Shown here piece by piece: positions 59,223-64,000 of a stretch of 64,000 bases of DNA. The stretch comes from Flectonema sp. DT1601 (Eukaryota), in NCBI GenBank assembly GCA_964019425.1, contig OZ025786.1, positions 620,001 to 684,000 of the forward strand. Direction: 5' to 3'. The position numbers were made by a program, and so were the translations under genes. The notes beneath the pieces were generated by a model that was not told the origin of the DNA, did not search any database, and was given only the letters and a program-made list of their open reading frames with translations. Position 1 is the first letter of the stretch. Every line of letters begins with the position of its first letter.

Positions 59223-62200
59223 CTATTGAGTGAGTTCGTAGTACAAGGAAGTCACAGGGATCACAATATGTTCATTAAAAGCAGGACCATACTCTCGATT
59301 GATGTATGTCAGTAAATGGGTATTAGTGATAATCATATATATCCAAAACACAGCAACGGCAGCAACAAAAAGTTTAAAATTAAGATTAGACGGTCCTTGT
59401 TTTTGACGAAGACGTTTCCAACCTGCGGTAGTATTGCGAGTAGCTACTGCAGTGCGTCGTTCAGACTCAAGGTGAGCTTGCTTTCTCTGTTCTGCTCGTT
59501 CAACGGCTTGACGGCGTTGCTCAGCAGCAGTTTCAGCTGCAGACAGAACTGGTTGTTTTGGTGCTTTTGGTGCTGCAGTTGGTTTCTTAATCTTTGCACG
59601 TTGTTGAGGAATTGATTTTTCCTGACTGCGCAACAGTTTGCGGAGTCGTTTTTCACGAGCTCTAACCTGAAGTTGATGAATATCTTTTTGGTTTATTCTA
59701 TTACGGTCTGTTTGCTCTTGAACTTCTTCTTCAATAAACCAATCTGGAAGGACAAAACTTTCTGGATCTGGAGCATCTCTGTCGGATTTCATTTTTAAGA
59801 GAGCTGATAGCGCCATCTTCCTGGCAGAGGCGAGTTGCTCTTCGCGTTGCTTTTGAATATCACTGCGACGTTCGTCTTCGATTGGTTTTCTGTGAGCGAT
59901 TGATGTTGTTCGGTCCCAATACTTTTTATGATATCTGATTCCGAATCTCGTTAACACTACGAAATCAACTGCAGTTGGGTCTTTCTTACTATTTTGCTTA
60001 AAGGCTACCAATCCTTTTTGTTGTAACCAGTCTAAGAAAGTTCTGATATTCACAAAACCATTTCCAATATGAGAAAACCATTTAAACCCGAGATCTTGTT
60101 GAGAGAAGTATCGGATGTCTGAAAGTCGAGTTCTCGTATTTTGATTGAAATCAAATAAATCTAAAATAGGAGCCATTTGACTGTGCCAAGTTGGAAACAC
60201 TTTTCGAGTGTCTACCAAAGGATGCGATGATGCCAATGCGTCGAACTTTAATTGAAAGAGACGATGGAAGTCGCTGTGTTGTGGTTTTTCGTTACCGTGA
60301 AAATTACTTTTTTTGTTTTCAGAGTCGTTTTCTGGTTCTGAACTGGAGTCACTCTCACTGGAAACAGAACTGTGATCGTCATCATCACCTTCTTGTTGTT
60401 GTATTTCATAGTTTTGAGTTTCTTCATCGACCAGTAGTTTTATATTCTTAGTAACGTCAACATCAACAGCCCAGAAGTCCTGGTACTCATCTTCGCTGTT
60501 CTCATCTCCTGTTTTAGCTGTTGATGATTCTTCTTTCGGAGTTATCATGGGAGCTATTGGTTCAGGTCTCTTGTCATTGATGGTTGGAGATGATATGATT
60601 TGTACTGCTCCTGTACCAGTGACTCGAATACCAGACACTTCAGGATGTGATTTATTTTTTACAATCTCATCTCCGTACTGAACCAGCCACTCGATGAGCA
60701 TATCGCAGTCGGTGGTGTTGTTGTTGTGAAGCATCGCAGCACGAGCCTTGTACTGAGGTATTCCAATACTGTGTAACTCGTGGAGTGTTTTGTGTTCCTG
60801 CATTAAGGCATACTCTCGAGAACGTCTCTCAGCTTCTTGAAGTTTGCGTGACTCGACCTCAATGGCTCGCTTCTTGCGTTCTTCTTTCTGAGCGGCTTTC
60901 ACGCGTTGGGTTCCTTCAGTACGTTTGCGGTTTTCTTCTTTTGCAACAACTGACTTTTGATGTTCAATTTTTGTTTGAATTTCTTTGAATAACTCTTCAG
61001 CTATCTGTTGTTTCTTTGCGTGGTACTCTGCGTCTTCTTCCCTTGCTCTATTGACAGCTTCCAACTCTTTTTCTTCTCTGCGACGCTGCTCGTCGAAGTT
61101 GGCGAGTGCTTTTTTCTGTTCTTCCACTGCTGCTGCCTGTCTAATCTTTTCTTCTTCCAGAAGGTTGTTAATTACTTTAGTTGTTTCGTCCAGAAGATCT
61201 GAATGTGATCTGTCAACGAACGATTCTTGCAGTTTGCGGTAAATGCCTCCCCTGTCTGGGTGGTCGTACAGTAGTGTTAAACCAGTCTTGCATTGCCCAA
61301 GAAGAATAATAAGTCTGATATCACAACTATTTAGTGCTAGCGGCATGAAATACTCGGACACCTTGGAACTGTCTTTAGGTGTTGGTGACGCAGCAATTGC
61401 AATCAAACTAATCAGCTCTTCAATAAGAGGTCTGCAGACGGGGTGTTTTTCATAAATAAAAATCACCTTTTTTAATAATTTGAGATCCAAACTGTACCAC
61501 TTCTGATCCCAAGGAAGAAGCTTAACGCTGTAGACAATCGCCGATAGTACTGCAGATCGGACGTCATCGTCTACTGTTGACTTCATTCCTTTAGCAGTGC
61601 AATACTTACCAATTCCGGTTATGATTCCTTGGTGTTTGTCAATTAGTTTCTTTACTTTTGATTCGATGCCGAGCTCGTCTCTCCTGAAAAAACTGAAATA
61701 CTTAACCACTCCAGCAATAAGCTGCATTGCGTATACGTTGTGAGCTTGGATTTCTTGTGCCGTTGCCAGTAAGATTCCTTGTGATAAGATATCAGCAAGA
61801 CATGATTCGTGATCTGAGTTGAGAGGAGACCTGTCGATGATACAATCAATTAACATTTTCCCGTAGTATCCAAAAAGGATATTTTGAACTCCAGACGCAG
61901 ACCACTTCAACAACGCTGAGATTGCTCCCGGAGGTGTTGAGAAATGATATCTGAGAGACAGTAATGTGATTCCATTCAGAGGACTTCCATCAGTGTCACA
62001 GAATATCTCTGGTTGACTACTGGGGCCTGGATTGTTTTGAGCAAAGAGTGAACTCTTGCAGTCAAACACTGCTATCAACAACTCTGATAAAAGTGAACAA
62101 AGCTCAACATCCCCAAGTGATAATTGAATAATATTATTAGTAAGAACAGAACCAATCAATGTATTGTAATGATCACATGAGAGACCCTTTAGTAGTTTCA

Positions 62201-63896
62201 ATAACTGAAACACAGCAGGTGACTCTGATAGCAAACAGGCATCACGAAGTCCTACTAAATCGTTTGCAGAGAAATCTAAAGCAGCAACTTCTTTACTGCC
62301 GGCGGTACATATGACTTCAATTGTCATGCGAAGCATCTCTAAGGCAGCATCTCTTGTAAATAAAGATGAGTGTAGAATAGTTTTTTCATTTATCCCAGTA
62401 GACTTCTTCTTTTTCTTTTTACTCGTCGTACTCTTCTTGTCGCTCTCCTTGTTCAGAAGCTTCACAACTGACGGCCGCAAGAAATCATTCACCAGAACAG
62501 CAACTTCGTTGCCTGTAAGACATTCAGAGAAGTTTTTAACATTTGATGATTTTGTGTAGCCATCGAGTAGGTATTCGAGTGCTGTTTGTGCTATTGCTGG
62601 TTGCGGAATTCCACAATTTCTCATCATATGAACCAGAGCTGTGGGCAAACGAGATTCTGGAACAGAACGAGAGCCATGTTTTAGAGACGTCAGCAGTACC
62701 CTTGCGAGGGGAGCGTAATCGATGCTCCCAGAGACTGCACTTTTCCAACCGAATTTGAGAAATTCGGCCAACCCAGAAAATCCTTCCCCATCTCCCGCTA
62801 ACAATCCCTCAGCTATGAGAGACAAACAGCGTACGATTGTATTGCCACGAGGAGTTACAGATAACAGAGTTGTGAAGGTTTTCTCGATGATTGAGGAATC
62901 AACTTCTTCAAGACTTGTAGTGATCACAGAACTGATAATTCGAGCGCACGTTATCTGAAGCGGTCCTTGACAAGCAGGGTGTGCAATCACTTTAGAAACA
63001 GCAGGAAGAGCATTCTTTAAACAAGAACTGTCATCAGAGCCGATGATCTTCGATAACACAGAAAGACAAAGATCAATCACAGAGGACTTATCAGAAGATG
63101 AAATGATTGAAGAAAGACTCTCACAGAACGAAGAGATGTGTTCTGCTGGGAAGGCATCACATGATAGAATACTGAGCGCAAGCAGCTGACTTTCACCTGA
63201 ATCAGAAATACGTTCTTTAACGATGCGAAGGTAGTTAACAGAATCCCTTATTAGTATATCCACACCCTGATTCATCACACCTTTTATTAATGATAATTCA
63301 GAAGCGTGATTCCTTAGAGGATAAGGAATAGTAGAAAGATCTGGATAATCTTTTTCCTTCGACAAGATTCCTCCAATTGCCGTATCCAGACAGATGGAGT
63401 AATCCCATTCTTGTAAATAACCCACAGCTACCGAGATAGCACACATCCAGCTAGCATCTGAATAGGTTTCAGAATCAGATAAGATGTGCAAAGGGATTGA
63501 AATCTGATCTGTTGGAAGACCACGCATTGCACAGATAGAGTTAATCCGAAGTATTTCTGGTGAACAAGCACCGCTGTAGTGTGGTATTTTACATCCGATT
63601 TCATGAGTAATAGGGAGTGTTCCAATTACTAAGTGAACGACAGCGATAGTTTCTCCCTCGTCTCCCCAAAGTGTTATTAATTTAGAAAGTTTGGTCCCAT
63701 CAGTTTTTGATTGCCATCCTCTCTTAAGACCATTTATAATACTTTCAATTATTTCCATTCTTTCTCCTCCTCGATTGCCTAGTTCTACCCAACTATTTCC
63801 CTCCCCTCCTGTTTCAGTAAAGACAGGCATTCCACAGAAATCTGCCACTCCGAACCCACTCAGGGAGATCCCTCCTATCGTTTCTGTATCACACAT
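59223..63896 (-). CDS. Large hypothetical protein: alpha-solenoid-like region, coiled-coil, UBA-like domain, acidic linker and C-terminal TM
   Basis: 1557-aa ORF. LHELHSIGIPQYKARAAMLHNNNTTDCDMLIEWL is UBA-like, and LFVAAVAVFWIYMII lies about 35 aa from the C-terminus. Confidence 0.75.
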   Translation of the reverse strand: MCDTETIGGISLSGFGVADFCGMPVFTETGGEGNSWVELGNRGGERMEIIESIINGLKRGWQSKTDGTKLSKLITLWGDEGETIAVVHLVIGTLPITHEIGCKIPHYSGACSPEILRINSICAMRGLPTDQISIPLHILSDSETYSDASWMCAISVAVGYLQEWDYSICLDTAIGGILSKEKDYPDLSTIPYPLRNHASELSLIKGVMNQGVDILIRDSVNYLRIVKERISDSGESQLLALSILSCDAFPAEHISSFCESLSSIISSSDKSSVIDLCLSVLSKIIGSDDSSCLKNALPAVSKVIAHPACQGPLQITCARIISSVITTSLEEVDSSIIEKTFTTLLSVTPRGNTIVRCLSLIAEGLLAGDGEGFSGLAEFLKFGWKSAVSGSIDYAPLARVLLTSLKHGSRSVPESRLPTALVHMMRNCGIPQPAIAQTALEYLLDGYTKSSNVKNFSECLTGNEVAVLVNDFLRPSVVKLLNKESDKKSTTSKKKKKKSTGINEKTILHSSLFTRDAALEMLRMTIEVICTAGSKEVAALDFSANDLVGLRDACLLSESPAVFQLLKLLKGLSCDHYNTLIGSVLTNNIIQLSLGDVELCSLLSELLIAVFDCKSSLFAQNNPGPSSQPEIFCDTDGSPLNGITLLSLRYHFSTPPGAISALLKWSASGVQNILFGYYGKMLIDCIIDRSPLNSDHESCLADILSQGILLATAQEIQAHNVYAMQLIAGVVKYFSFFRRDELGIESKVKKLIDKHQGIITGIGKYCTAKGMKSTVDDDVRSAVLSAIVYSVKLLPWDQKWYSLDLKLLKKVIFIYEKHPVCRPLIEELISLIAIAASPTPKDSSKVSEYFMPLALNSCDIRLIILLGQCKTGLTLLYDHPDRGGIYRKLQESFVDRSHSDLLDETTKVINNLLEEEKIRQAAAVEEQKKALANFDEQRRREEKELEAVNRAREEDAEYHAKKQQIAEELFKEIQTKIEHQKSVVAKEENRKRTEGTQRVKAAQKEERKKRAIEVESRKLQEAERRSREYALMQEHKTLHELHSIGIPQYKARAAMLHNNNTTDCDMLIEWLVQYGDEIVKNKSHPEVSGIRVTGTGAVQIISSPTINDKRPEPIAPMITPKEESSTAKTGDENSEDEYQDFWAVDVDVTKNIKLLVDEETQNYEIQQQEGDDDDHSSVSSESDSSSEPENDSENKKSNFHGNEKPQHSDFHRLFQLKFDALASSHPLVDTRKVFPTWHSQMAPILDLFDFNQNTRTRLSDIRYFSQQDLGFKWFSHIGNGFVNIRTFLDWLQQKGLVAFKQNSKKDPTAVDFVVLTRFGIRYHKKYWDRTTSIAHRKPIEDERRSDIQKQREEQLASARKMALSALLKMKSDRDAPDPESFVLPDWFIEEEVQEQTDRNRINQKDIHQLQVRAREKRLRKLLRSQEKSIPQQRAKIKKPTAAPKAPKQPVLSAAETAAEQRRQAVERAEQRKQAHLESERRTAVATRNTTAGWKRLRQKQGPSNLNFKLFVAAVAVFWIYMIITNTHLLTYINREYGPAFNEHIVIPVTSLYYELTQ

Positions 63897-64000
63897 TCTT
63901 TTTATTTAGTGTGTGTGCTGTTGGGATGTGAATAAAAATTAAGTCAGACATGTATCCGTAATCATTGACAAGTGAATTGAGCTTATCTTCAAAATAAACA

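Noticed and set aside
1..64000. tRNA, rRNA or spliced-leader RNA genes, including an SL target next to the CRE-like fragment
   Set aside because: None was recognised by eye. A covariance-model search (tRNAscan-SE, Infernal/Rfam) would be needed to exclude them.

Overview
This is eukaryotic nuclear DNA: moderately AT-rich, with short GT-AG introns and homopolymer-rich UTRs. A euglenozoan, probably diplonemid, origin is inferred from the long single-strand gene arrays, TATE-like and CRE/SLACS-like retroelement remnants and FLxxC-type LRR repeats. All host genes from 1 to 24.6 kb lie on the + strand: a Cys-rich ER-type protein, a bacterial-style cadherin-like adhesin, a six-repeat W-C-DP-H protein, pantothenate kinase, a COMM-domain protein, NOMO and a J-domain/RING protein. 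All host genes from 39.3 to 64 kb lie on the - strand: COG5, glycerol kinase, a membrane-anchored TenA, a MAP3K, cytosolic carboxypeptidase CCP1 and a large UBA-containing tail-anchored protein. Where the two arrays converge (about 24.9-38.6 kb) there is a dense patchwork of short, internally deleted pieces from at least five unrelated transposon groups (piggyBac, TATE/DIRS-like, MULE, CRE-like non-LTR, pogo/Tc1-type including a MITE), interleaved with nested inverted repeats and a truncated hypervariable LRR gene. The two best candidates for novel biology are (i) a GC-rich retroelement-derived polyprotein remnant combining a USP deubiquitinase-like domain, two RNase H1 hybrid-binding domains and degenerate RNase H folds, and (ii) the convergence zone itself as a possible dsRNA/small-RNA transposon-memory locus. 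All assignments come from motif recognition by eye; no searches were run.
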